DNA of 64,000 bases, taken from assembly GCF_006345805.1 (NCBI RefSeq), contig NC_043017.1, forward strand, positions 5,518,001 through 5,582,000. Reading direction: 5' to 3'. Position 1 is the stretch's first letter, and every line of letters begins with the position of its first letter. The DNA comes from Octopus sinensis. Lineage: Eukaryota. The notes beneath the pieces were generated by a model. The model did no database searches. It worked only from the letters and a program-made list of their open reading frames with translations, and was not told the origin of the DNA. The translations under genes were made by a program, and so were the position numbers. Below, piece after piece: positions 26,411 through 40,336 of this stretch.

Positions 26411-26689
26411 GCCTGCCACATAAATATGCATACGTGTATGAGAGTGTATGTGTGTTTACATAAATTTGATTCAGATATAAATAGAAACATTATTGTTTCT
26501 AAATCTCTCAAGAAATTATATTCAGTAACAGTACTTTATGTAAGGGCACAGATATTGTGCCGTATAGCCATCAGCCAACCGGAAACGACTTTTCCTGTGG
26601 CTAAACAGCAGTAATATTCGTCCCATCCAGGACTGCCACATTATGTTGGCAAACTGTTCTTACTTTGATTTTTATATATATATATATAT

Positions 26690-26860
26690 ATATGACAACC
26701 GATGCTGGTGTGTTTACGTCCCCGTCACTTAGCGGTTCGGCAAAAGAGACCGATAGAATAAGTCCTGGGCTTACAAAGAATAAGTCCCGGGGTCGATTTG
26801 CTCGACTAAAGGCGGTGCTCCAGCATGGCCGCAGTCAAATGACTGAAACAAGTAAAAGAA
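26690..26860 (+). mobile_element. SINE family A, 3' half, CpG-intact
   Basis: gacaaccgatgctggtgtgtttacgtc...ggcggtgctccagcatggccgcagtcaaatgactgaaacaagtaaaag. Confidence 0.85.
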
Positions 26861-27089
26861 AGTAAGAGTATATGGCTTAGTGGTTAAAGTATTCGACTCA
26901 CAATCCTAAGGTCATGAGTTCCTTTTCTGGCAAAAGTGAGTTGTACCTGTAATTCAAAGGATCAGACTTGTCACATTCTGTTTCATGCTGAATCTCCTTA
27001 AGGACTGCGTTAAGGGTACGTGTCTGTGCTCAGCCACATGCACGTTAATCTCGTCGTTGTAACTGACGGAGAGCTAGTTACGTAGGCAG

Positions 27090-27660
27090 ATTCAATCCCT
27101 GAATTTATCAACAATTTATCCTGTCCCAAGACCTGAGGCCTCTGCAGTTTTAAATAGTTCCACAGACAACAGATGTCACCCACAAAAGGACGATCAACTT
27201 TTTCTGCAGACCATTAGAGCGTACCCTCACCCTTAGCAAGGAACCATGTACGGGACCAGTAAATTCTTGCACTTTTCACACAGGCCTCATTGAAGGATTT
27301 GAGATAATGAACAAGATACTTCCTACAATACAGAAACGCCAAACGACCAGGAGTCATCAGATGGCACCAAGGGTAGAAAGAAATGGAAAATAGAGAAAAC
27401 AGTGCATAAGCCAGCGGCCTAAGACAAAAAAAAAAAGAAGCTCGTGAGCATGAAGACAACTGGCAGAGTGGGCTTCGTATATTTCTTAGAACTTCAGGTT
27501 GGCAAACACCAGAGGGAAGTGAGACATCGTCTTAACCATGAGGAGGGGCATAGAATGAGTGAGCAGAACTGTAGGGATTAAGTGGAAGCGAGTACAGACA
27601 AGGTGTGTGCGGTAGTGCAGGATTACTAAATTTCGTCCACTCCAGTTCTTAGTCCAGGTT
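27090..27660 (+). mobile_element. Possible decayed non-LTR retrotransposon fragment
   Basis: GC-richer coding-like stretch with short broken frames, bounded by a SINE and TA; no decisive motif. Confidence 0.25.
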
Positions 27661-27829
27661 GTCTCATATATAAAAAAGACGAAGACAGGTGTGTAAACAA
27701 CAAACAGGTGTATTAGTTTAACGCTCGGGAAGGTGAGAAAGTATCTTACGTTTCGCGCCTACGCTCTTCAACAGAAAGGAACATGAGAAAATAAACAGAG
27801 AATAAAAAAGAATACATATATATATATAT

Positions 27830-27891
27830 ATTCTTTTGTTTCAGTCATTTGACTGGAGCCATGCTGGAACACCGCTTTTAGTCGAATAACC

Positions 27892-27931
<40 letters not shown>

Positions 27932-28075
27932 GACAATCTTCTTTCCGTTTCCGTCAACCAAATCCATTCACAAGACTTTAGCTGGCCCGCGGCTATAGTA
28001 GAAGGCACTTGCCCAACGTGCCACACAGTGGGACTGAGCCCGGAACCATGTGGTTGCGAAGAAAACTTCTTGCCA
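27830..28075 (-). mobile_element. SINE family A, internally deleted
   Basis: Tail tttcagtcatttgactgg.gccatgctgg and head ttgcccaacgtgccacacagtgggactgagcccggaaccatgtgg. Confidence 0.8.
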
Positions 28076-28179
28076 TATATGTGTGTGTGTGTGTGTGTGT
28101 TTATACATAAATACATACACACGCAAAAAAATTCAAATTGGAGAAACATCCTACACTTAGATCCCTGGATTTTACCCTT

Positions 28180-28234
<55 letters not shown>

Positions 28235-28948
28235 TGTGTACATACATAGATGCATATACATATACATCCAAACATTGATATGTATAAACGCATACATACT
28301 TATGTATTTATATGTATATATTTACACACACATATGTGAAAGATATAAAAGATTTTATACGAACTATTATTAATAAGTTAGGAAGTCATATGACAATAAA
28401 TTTATTTAGTACAAATATATGTACATTTGAAAGAACACATTTACTTTTATTTAAAACCGTTAAAATATATTTGCTATTTTCTCATATATTACACGGTTTA
28501 TATGATGAAACAAATCGACATTAACTTACGTTCACAACAGTTTCCCGTTTTTACAGAATAATAGAGATCTATGCCTTTTTTTTTTCTTTCTTTTTGCTGA
28601 TGCTGAATCAATTTAAGAAAAGAAAATGTACAAATACGGTAACAGCAATCGATTTACCAGTTTTGAAATTTCACTTATATCCACGCACACGGCTTATACG
28701 TGAGGTGAAACTATAAATCATTGTGGACTATCTTTATAATATATACATACATATCTATATGCTGAGTGTATGAGCATTTGTTTGCGTTTATGTGTACGTG
28801 TGTGTGTACACATGTGTATGTATGTATGCATGTATACACATGTGTGTATGTATGTATATAATATGCATATATGTATATATATATTATATGTATATATATG
28901 TCTGTATGTATATATATATGTGTGTGTGTGTGCATGTATATACGTATG

Positions 28949-28985
<37 letters not shown>

Positions 28986-30149
28986 TTGAGCGAGTGAATG
29001 AACGCAATAAAAAGTTCGTTCCATTACGTAAAATATTATTACCATACTTCAAAAATATACTTTTAACGTATTTCCTAGTTTATATTGAACTTGAAAAACA
29101 CTTTCCGTATTGAAAAGAACTATCGTAGCTCTCATTTTACATTATAATACTTATTTTTATATCAGACCTCTTTAACTCTAAGCCAACTGTAAACTTCTAA
29201 ATATATATCGTACACAAGAAATATCCAAACAATTATGCTTTATGGTGTTAAAGTCGATGCTGCCAAATTTGCAGAGATCTGGCATCTTTTTTCTAAAAAT
29301 TTCTACCATTTTCCCGTTAACTTTACAGTCTACTGTCTTTTGTATTTTCATTCATATGCAAGAACCCCGAAAACGCTATCCTGACATGTTAGCGACACAT
29401 GTCAAATCCAGTGGTTAATTCTCCATCAAATCACAACCATGTCTCATCTTAAATACAAATGTCGGTGTCGATGTGGGACTATTTCCACTGAAAGAAACTT
29501 AACCATTCCTCAGCGAAGCTTTACCAAACTCTGAACGTGGGGAGCGGGTAGATGCAGCTTAGAATAATGCATGAGCCCCCCAGAATTCTTGTGATCGAGG
29601 TTCCTTTGGAGTAAAACAAGGATGAGGCAAAAAAATAGATGTGAAGAAACTGGAAGTTATAAAGGAGTAGGAGTTTAGTGGTATTGAGTGTGAGGAGTAG
29701 ACAGAAACATTAGTTTGTCATACTGACTTCTGCTTTTCTCCTTCAGTCGTATTTAAATCTGTCTCGTTCACACGCTCTTTCACATTCATTTTTCAGTGTG
29801 TGTGTGTGTGTGTGTGTGTGTACAGGGAGAGACAGTGAGAGAGTACATTTAGAACGTCGTCGTTATTAATATTCCACGTTCAAAAGCCATTGTTATGGCG
29901 TCAATTAGAGGAAGGAAACTTAACTTCACCGAAAAGCAACCATGTTTTAACAGTCTTTCATCGCGTGACTATCGGGTTGGGTTACATGACATCGTCATGC
30001 AAAACGCATGTAACACTTATTGTTAAAACAATGATATATCTTTCTATACTGTTCAGAAGGAAATCCCTTGTTCACTCTTTTGCTTAGCCTAGCATCATAA
30101 AAAAACTCTGTCTGGTGAAGGGATATCCTCAGTCATCGGCTATTGAAAG

Positions 30150-32260
30150 TCGATCTGATCATCTGCGACCTGGTGTCGCTTTCGGTTTAACTTAAGAATT
30201 GGACTTGGTATTTTCTTAGTTGATTACTAGCTCTAGAAATGTTTTGTAATCTCTCTCTCTCTTTTTTTTTTTTAACTACCAGCGATATATTTCTTTTCTT
30301 CAGTATTATATGTTGGGCTTGTCGTTGTGGTGTGTTACGCAAGTTTAGGAACGTATCAAAAAGGAAGCATCAGTACCAAAAGATATTACTAAAGGTGTTC
30401 TTGTCTGTCGTCTCATCAAGCCGACGAGATTTGCTTTTTGCCAGCTTGTGCAGTCGACCAGTAATTGAATAGTAATTTTGATAGAGGCATCGAAAGATCC
30501 AAATTGTTTTTAACTCCAATTTTCACAGTCTTTATCATTCTTTTAAGCTGAGCATAAGACACTAAGCTATCCATCCTAACAATGTCTCAACGCAGAAATT
30601 TACAGCATTATTGGAAACCAACTTATGTGGAACCTCATTCCTTGCAAAATTAGTTGATCGCTGTTTTTAGCAAATCGTTCATTAAACTCTGAGGACTTTT
30701 TAGTCAACCTGAAGTATAAGGAGCATGACCGTGATCCATATGTGCATTTGTATGGTTTTCGATTGGCTTCAGTAACTTCTGGCATGGGTTTAATCTGACA
30801 GCGTTTAGGGATTCCCGACATATTCAGGCGACCATGCTTCGAGTCGCACTCTATTTCTAGTAATGCCTCAATGAACGTCATCATGTACAGTTTTGATGCA
30901 AATCTGTTGCAAAACCACTGGAACAACTTCACCTTTGCAAACGATTTCATTATCATCATTGAATTATAGGGTCTCTCACTTATTGAGTAATTATTCCATC
31001 TATTCGTCTTGATGACCCCATACACTTGCTAGCTTCCGATATACGGAGCTTTTAACTGGTAGCACTTTCATGTGCAAGTTGTTTGCAAGACATTACCCAA
31101 AATTACATTATTCTTTGTTTCAGTTTGTAATTCTATTTTCAACACACCCGATTCCACCTTATAAATAATGCCACCGTTGTGCTTTTGACTTTGTAGGCTC
31201 ATTAAATTTATTTCTAGACAGAGCATCAACTATGGTTAAAAGCATTTAAATGGATTGCCCACTGTAATATTCTTGCAGATTTCCTTTAGGGGATTCTCTT
31301 CTGGGACTGAATATAAACTCCAAGGGGTTATGGTTACTTCTCAAGAAAAATGTTTGTCCTTATAAAAATTATCGGGCTTTTTGCATAATTTGCAAAGAGC
31401 CCAATAATTGTGTTTATGGAGCTCAAGCTCTATAGTGATTTACATATTTGTGCAGATTACAAGTTGGGAGTAAATATGTTCTGATATTTACTGTTCACCG
31501 AACCTGAAACAGCATTACGCGAGTTGGCATGTACGAGAGGCTTTGACGATTGTTCAGACAAGCGCCAAAGCCTCCATTGCAATATTAAAATAGTTACTTT
31601 GAAGTTCAAATAGCCATCGTAATAAATATAGAACTGGATTTCTGAGACAGTGCACCAGATATTGAAATGTTGACTAGTATCAGTTAGTGACTAAAACCTT
31701 TTTTGTTGTATCAAATATCTGAAGTAAGCGATACGGCTAAATATATCTTAAATATTTCAAACAGATCAGTGTGTTCCTTCTTCAATAAAAACGTAGAGTG
31801 CTTTTTTCGTAAGTTTGAAAATCTACTGACTTTTAACGATTATGCGGGAATAAATCGACCATAAAAATTAGTCATTCTCCAAAATGATTCCAATTCTTTC
31901 CTACTATCTGGGAATTTTAGGTTCAATATCTTCTTCATTAACGCATCGTCTGTTTGGAGAACTTATATCCTAGGAAGGTCAATTCTTCTGCACGAAAAAA
32001 CACTTCTTTTCGTTAATAGTTGTACCACGAGAGAAAAGGTTTCGCAGAATTGCTTTTACTTTCTGCTCTAAGTCATCACTGGTGGACCACCGATGCAAAT
32101 GTCATTTTGATGAATTGTAATACCGATGGCACTTAATACATTTTCCATGCCACACTGAAATATAGTGTTTGCTGTTTTTATAGTGTATGGCAGACATGTC
32201 CAATGCAATAATCCAAAGGAAGAACATACTGATATTTTCAGACTTTCATCCATATCTGGA
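30150..32260 (-). mobile_element. Heavily decayed Ty3/Gypsy pol relic (RT, RNase H, integrase)
   Basis: Fragments GLLHWTCLPYTIKTANTIFQCGMENVL..HQNDICIGG (RT), NEKKCFFRAEELTFLGY (RT), ARILQWAIHLNAF..DALSR (RNase H), FLNLRNTP (integrase), in Gypsy order along the minus strand with many frameshifts. Confidence 0.8.
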
Positions 32261-32353
32261 ATGGAAGTTTCCCCTAAAATATTTCATACATACATGTGCA
32301 TGTATATATATATATGTGTGTGTATTTGTAAAATCTTTTGCATACATATGTAC

Positions 32354-32384
<31 letters not shown>

Positions 32385-32704
32385 CATAAAATTATGGTAT
32401 ATTCTATTAAGAACGTAGTATAGTACGGTATAAAGCTCGTTCACCTTCAAATTTCATCCTGTGCTATCCAGTAGTAGTATTATACGTACTTCCAGGTTTG
32501 CGTTTGGGTATCTGTCGTAGTTGAATAGATAATTGAAAATATTTAGAGTGAACAAGAAGTACAGTTAGACATTTATTTTCTATCACTACAATTGTTTCCA
32601 CGCAACGTAGTTCTCCAGGCGTGCAGATACCGGAGAACTATGTTACGTGGAAGCAGTTGTAGTGATAGAGAATAAATGTCCAACCTTACTCCTTCTCGTT
32701 GCAA

Positions 32705-32725
32705 TTATAAATATATTATATATAT

Positions 32726-32777
<52 letters not shown>

Positions 32778-32991
32778 TACATACATACATACATATAATA
32801 TATATATACATATAGATATATACATACATATATACGTATATATATACATACATATATACATATATATATATACATACATATAAATATATATATACACACA
32901 CATATTCATACATATATACATATATATACATGCATACATATATATATATATATACATACATACATACATATATACGTATATATATACATAC

Positions 32992-33022
<31 letters not shown>

Positions 33023-33121
33023 AATATATATACACATACATATAAATATATATACATACATATAAATATATATACATACATATAAATATATATACATACA
33101 TATAAATATATATACACATAC

Positions 33122-33172
<51 letters not shown>

Positions 33173-33486
33173 CATACATAAATACATACATATATACATA
33201 CATACATACATACATATATACATACATACATATATACATATATACATACATATATACATACATATATATATATACATATATATATATATACATACATATA
33301 ATAAAAGGTGAAACTAATTAATTAGGGATAATTATCAATTATACCAAGTAGATTTCAGCATGTAAAAGCCCCATTCGAGGAAAATTTAAGTAATACTAAG
33401 TAATATTACTTAGTATTACTTAAATTATACATACATATATATATATACATACATATATATATACATACATATATATATATACATAC

Positions 33487-33517
<31 letters not shown>

Positions 33518-33523
33518 CATACA

Positions 33524-33590
<67 letters not shown>

Positions 33591-33806
33591 CATATATATA
33601 TATACATACATATATATATATATACATACATATATTATATACATACATATATATATACATAATATATATATATACATACATAATATATATATACATACAT
33701 ATATATATATACATACATTATATATACATACATATATATATATATACATACATATATATATACATATATACATATATATATATATATACATATATATAAT
33801 ATATAC

Positions 33807-33839
<33 letters not shown>

Positions 33840-33928
33840 CATATATATACACATATATATATACACACATATATACATACATACATATATACATATATAT
33901 ACACATATATATACATATATATACATAT

Positions 33929-33975
<47 letters not shown>

Positions 33976-34055
33976 CATACACATATACATACACATATAT
34001 ATACATATATATATATACACATACATATATACAGATATATATACATGTATATATA
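32705..34055. repeat. Two large (TA)n/(TACA)n arrays separated by a ~125-bp non-repetitive insert
   Basis: Direct reading; arrays ~32705-33300 and ~33425-34055. Confidence 0.95.
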
Positions 34056-35089
34056 TTGCTCGATTAAAGGCGGTACTCCAGCATGGCCGCAGTCAAACGA
34101 CTGAAACAAGTAAAAAGAGTAATATATACACACATATACAGAATATATGTAAATACAAACACACACACACACATATATATACACATAGACATATCTAAAT
34201 AAATAAATACAAACTTACACACAAATTAAAAAGGATATTTTGATTTGCTGTGCGTTTCGCGGCACTTCTTTCAATACGGATGATATTCTTTTTGTTTGCC
34301 GTGGATACGCCAACGTTTATAGCATTTCACGCATGCACATACACACACACACACACACACACATCATCTCACAAAATGCACGAACATCACTCCATACTTC
34401 TTTTGCCAGACGTAGTTCCCAACAGACGCACACAAATTTTATTGTGTTACATACATATACAAACAACTCCACTCCAACCACTATCTGATGTTACGAGTCT
34501 ATCAGCGTGCAAAATACAGGCAAAACAAAGAAACATACACACACGCACACGCACGCGAAAATCTATGCACACTAGCTCAAATGCTATTGCTATAGGCATG
34601 CATGCGCTATTAACCCTCCACCCATCGTCATATGTAATTCTTTCCTATATCTATCTGCACCTCCAGCTCCCTATAATCATCAGTTGCTATCTATCGTCCA
34701 CTCAACTAACTACAAATTTATCTGGTTATTTATGGAGGCAAGCAGAGGGATTACTGTTTTGGTTCTAATAGTAGTTTCCTTTTTCTATACGCTATGTGTG
34801 TATGTATCTCACACACATGTACATAAGCATGTATGTATTTGTGTGTCAATACACACACACGTCGAGTTTATTTTTTGTGTGTATTGTTCTTATTGCTACT
34901 TGGTATTACTATAATTATTATTATCACACTTTTGGTAACTTGTCCCTGTAATGCTCCCCTCAAATTGTTGCCCTTGTGGCAATAAAATATATTATTATCA
35001 TTATCATTATTGTTATTATTATTATTATTATCATTATTATTATCATTATCATTATTATTATTATCATTATTAATGGGCGTTTAAAAACA

Positions 35090-35460
35090 AGCCCACAGAA
35101 GGCGGTTGGTGATGGCTGAGTGTGGGCGTGGAAGAGTTTTGCATGGCATCAGGTGTTATGTGGCGCTGCTGGTGGGGGGGTGGGGTTAGAGCGAAAGGGA
35201 AAACGTGCAAAAAGAGAAAGAGGAGGGTTCAGTGTGGGTTTGCACACGCGCATGTGTAGGGCGGGTATGGTGTCTTTGAAATATTTTTGGGAGCCGCTCA
35301 TTCTTTCGGGGTGGAGGAGGAAGAGTGGGGTGCAATGAAAATTTCTGGAGAAAGTCAGTTTTGCTATTTTCTTTAGCTGCAGTAGAGAACGGGGGAGGGG
35401 GGCGAGGAAAAGGAGCGGCGAGGAAACAAAGAAGAAACTGATGCGAGGGAATAACAGAAA
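35090..35460. promoter_or_regulatory. GC/CpG-rich promoter-like segment
   Basis: GC boxes gggcgtgg (35124) and gggcggg (35259), NRF1-like gcacacgcgcatgtg (35242); lies at the CpG-rich/CpG-poor boundary. Confidence 0.4.
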
Positions 35461-35750
35461 GTGAAAGACAAAGGAATAGGGACAGATAGGAAAGAAATAT
35501 CAGAAAGAGAGAGACAGACAGACAGACAGACAGTGATTGAAAATGAAGTAGACTGAGAAGAAAGAGAGAAGAAATGTTTGTAAGAACAAGTGAAAATAGG
35601 AAAAGGGAACTACAGACTGAGTCTTAAGGAGATAAAAGATGCAACAGTGAAAGGTAAAAGAAATGGCAGACAATATAAGCTGAGGCTGGCTAGCCAGTAG
35701 TAGTAGCAGTAGTAGTAGTAGTAGTAGTAGTAGCAGCAGCAGTGGTGGTG

Positions 35751-35781
<31 letters not shown>

Positions 35782-36399
35782 CAGAAGGAAGAGGAAAGAC
35801 AGTCAGTTTAATTAACCCTTGAAGTTGTTATTTAGCCCCAGGTCAGCTCTGGCTGATCAGGCCTGCAATGAAAGTATTTTTTAGTTTTATGCCATCCAAA
35901 TTTAAGGAACTGCAATATACTTTGTTTGCTTGACATGCTAGATATACCAGTGACATTTCTCTCTCAAACTGCACCCTGCCATATAGAAAAGGTAGAGGCA
36001 CACTGGATAACGTAATGCTAACTTGGAAATTGACCTGAAATGTAATTTCTAATAGAAGTTCTCAGTATGAGCCATGTTTTGGACTCAAATAGAGAACCTA
36101 ATGTAGTTACATCAAAGAAATGTGAGTGAAAATTTGATAAACAAACTGTATGGAAGCCCATAAAAAGACCATTCCAGTCCTTTAACCATGTCTTTGATTT
36201 GAGAATAAGTTCTCCACTTCTTGCTACTTGTAACAGTGATCCTAAAAATGCTTATTGATATTCACCCTTTCTCCTTCTAAGTCATTAAAAATGTATTCTA
36301 GATATCTCAACTAAATATTACTGGGTGAGATAACAATCTCCCTCAAATTATACACTGCTGTTTTAAATAGAAAAAAAAAAAAAGAACTCTAGAAATATT

Positions 36400-36600
36400 G
36401 GTTTCAAATTTTGGCACAGGGTCTGGCATTTTCAGAGGAGGGAGTAGGTTGATTACATCAACCCTGGTGCTCAACTGGTACTTACTTAATCAACCCTGAA
36501 AGGATGAAAGGCAAGGTCCCCTAACTTAGATTGTAAGGACAGATGAAATGCTGTTAAGCATTTTGCCCAGCGCACTAACAATTCTGCCAGCTCACCGCCT
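36400..36600 (-). mobile_element. SINE family B, degenerate
   Basis: caactggtacttacttaatcaaccctgaaaggatgaaaggcaagg...ctaacaattctgccagctcaccgcc. Confidence 0.75.
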
Positions 36601-37290
36601 TGAACTCATTGAATATTGATGACCAAGACATTCAGCCAGGAAAAAAAAAAGAAAGGGTGGGTTGTCATGGCTGGAGTGCCTATAATCATAGGACTGTTGA
36701 ATCAGGGCTGACATGGGTGCATCAACAAATGTAAGAAATACCAAAGAGTAGTACTTTAAACTACAGGAGTCGACTGTTTGCAACAATTAAGATGCTTTTT
36801 TTCAACTAAACAAAGTCAGTGTTCACAGAGGAGTGGGATTATCAATGATTAAAGTGACCCCAATATATTACTGATAAATGTGTGACATATAGGACTATGT
36901 GAAATAAAAGCAAATATTTAAGCTGTCCAAGGACATTGGTGATGCTCTAACAGAGATCTGAAACAGAGTTTTGATCTTGATTTGTAGAGATTTCACAATT
37001 TAAACATCAATGTGCTCACTCAACACTTACCAACAGTGCCATCATTTAGAATGTTAACAACAGTATTTTTTAAAAAAAGAAAAAGAGAAGTTGTGATGAG
37101 GAAGAGAGAGATGGTTCATGTATGTGATTATATACATGCGTGTGTATGTGTTTATATACATGTGTGTACGTGTACACAAACGTATATAAACACGCTCATG
37201 TGTGTGCACACATATGACAAGGAGAGGGTGAATGAGACTAGAAAGAAATGAAGAGTAAAAGATTGAGAAAATAAAGAATGAAAGGGATAT

Positions 37291-37327
<37 letters not shown>

Positions 37328-40300
37328 AAGATAAATATTTTGTAAGGGAGGGTGATATGCAGATAAGTGAGAAAGCAAGAGATGGATAAATGTACAATGG
37401 AAGAATTATACAAAGAGTAGGAGTGGAGAGAAGGAAAAGTAAAAACATGTGGAGAGGAATTGGGAGTGTAGAGGAAGAGGATATTGAGAAGAAGACTGCT
37501 AGGGAAGTTAAAGGGTTAATAATGGAACCATACAGAAGGGAAGCATGTTGCTGCAGCTTATAAACTGCACATGTGTGTATGTGTGTTTGTGTGGATTTAA
37601 ATGATATTTTTATTTGGTATGCTGTAATTAATGTAATAGGGACCATACATATATGCACCAATACACACATATATGTGCATATATGCACACATACATAAAC
37701 GCACGTCATCCAAAATTATGCTATACTAGACATAGCAAATACAATAAACTGTTAAAATCACTCACAAGAGAAATTATATACATTCAAGAAATACTTCATT
37801 TATACATGTAGATGCATATATACACAAACACGCACATAAATAAATGGTAATATAGGCACACAATTGAATATTTCTCTCCAAAAGCAGACAAGATAAGACA
37901 AAGCAGATTAGCTTCTGCAGGTTCATTGGTAATGGCATCAAGTCAGACAGACTGTGTCACTCTCCAATAGGCTGTCTTCCATATTAAGGACACACACGCA
38001 CACACACTCACAGATGTAGAGGCACACTTCAAATCGTTGGAGACAGCAAGATGACTACAGTATTTATTGACACTTGAATTTCCTTTCTACAGATGTTCAT
38101 CTTGGTTTATTTAATAAATGTCCACACTTGTACACACACACACACACAAAATAATTCAATTTTCCAGAAACCAATAAGTCTTAATTTGGTTTCCTAAGTC
38201 AATTTAAAATTGACTGGATTGCACTGAAATTCATTTACATAAGCTAGTTTCTATATTGCATCCAGCAAATGCATTGATACAACTAAATGAAGATATGGCC
38301 TAGCGGTTAGGGCATTGCATTCACAATCGCTAGACCATGGGTTCAATTCATGGACTGGGCAGTGCATTGTGTTCTTGAGCAAATCATTTCTTTCACGTTA
38401 CTCCAGTCCACTCAGCTGAAAATAGGTAACTCTCTGTGACAGATTAGTCTTCTGGTCAGGGAGAATGTAGGCCTGCTTGCCTAGCCAATAGGATAGCTTC
38501 ATTGGAAAGCTAAAACAATAAGAAGCACATTGTGACCAGTGGTTTATAACATTATCTGATAATCTGGCTGATACCATGACACATATATACTTTTCCATTG
38601 TGATACAAATAAAAGGAACCAAGCATCTATTATATTTTTTCTTCTCCATTTTTTTATTAACTTTATATTTACATACATATATATATATTCATACAAATCT
38701 ACATGCACACAACCGTACATTTACACAAAAATCTATGCCAAGCCAGAAATTAAGGACTTCAATCATAAAAAAAATGCAAACATATGTATGTGTATTTAAA
38801 TATACAAGTAATGCCAAGACAACGGAATGATTCCAGTAAAAGTGTACGAGTATTACATTATGTTTTCATAAACAACTGTTGTGTGTGTGTGTACATGCGT
38901 ATTCACACAGATAGGTGTGCAAATGTAAAAGATCTCAACATGTTGGATTGAATATTTTATTAACAGTTTATGACTTAAGTCCACATTACTTAATTGTTTA
39001 TAGATATAAAAGCACAGCTGATCGTTCAAATGCTACAATTTTTTAAGTGGTGCAGAAGTGACAAGTCCTAAAGAAAGATGGCAGGAGGATATGTAAAATA
39101 TATTTTCAGATTTTAGTTTAGATCACAAGATGTAACCTGTAGCCGCTGATAATAGTTCAGTGACTGCTGGACACAATAAAATTAGTTTCCATTGCACTTG
39201 TTAGAAATCCCAGTAAAAATTGCAGTAAAGTTGCAATAAAAATTAAGATACAAGACTATCTATCACTTACTGGCTTAAAATGAGGAAATTGTGAACTTCA
39301 TTGGGTGGCACCAGTATGGTTTACAGTATGGTTTAAGAGACATGTACAGTTTCTGAGAGAGACAAAACCAGCAGTTACGCAACTGAGCAAAATAAGGACA
39401 AAGATTATCATTCTACTCTAGGTTATGCTATCACGGAAGTCTCAAAATAAAACAGTACAGGAATGTAGAGTTTTTTCCAAGCCTGGACCTAAAGCCACTG
39501 GGTCTTAGTTCCATGTGATTCTTTGGGATACTGTCAGGTGAAGTAAGAGTCACCAAATAAAGACTTGGAAGAGCAGAATTTCCTCACTGGAGATAGAGTA
39601 TGAGTAGGTACATGTTGCATTTTGGCTCTCAGTGTAGTATGCACTGTTAGAAGCAATGTTGTCTAGGAATAAAGTTTGTGGTAATTATGTATGCTTAGGA
39701 AATGGTATCTAATGAAGGATAAAATTTCTTGGCTATGTTTGTAGAGACATCTAATTATTTTCCACTTCCTAACTCTTTTTGGAGCAAGGTGCAGGTTCCT
39801 CTATATATACTTCTGACTAAAACACTCCTCACTGATGTATCACTGTGATGGTGGGGTAGGGCAGCTCTGTCAAAACACCGCAAATCTGAAGATAAATTGG
39901 AGATTCTTCTACAATTGCTAGTTTTTAAGTTTCTATTTAAAGTAAGGAGTGGTTGAAATTCCAATGAATGTATACGATCTCCACATAAGGAATTCTATAA
40001 AGGGTAATGCATGCTGTTTTGAGATCCTTTGTAATGTTCAAGAAGTGAACTATAGTTACATTGTGGGGTGATAATTACGTTTTAGCAAATCCCTCAAACA
40101 TCTTATGGCCTTTACACAACCTATTCTATCATTGGTTTGTGCTAAGCTGGGTAACAAGTGAAACACCAAAATAGCCTTTGTATAAATATAGAGCTCCACA
40201 TGGATGACCTGTAAGAAATAATGACCAAATCACACACTCCTGTTTTCAAAAGAACAGGTTAGTTAATGAAGCAAGTCCAACATAACTATATAAGGATGGA

Positions 40301-40336
<36 letters not shown>

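Noticed and set aside
32643-34184. Long ORFs of MYIYVC-type sequence (also 28711-29113, 42497-43493 and others)
   Set aside because: Translations of TA/CA microsatellites that lack stop codons in some frames; no protein signal.
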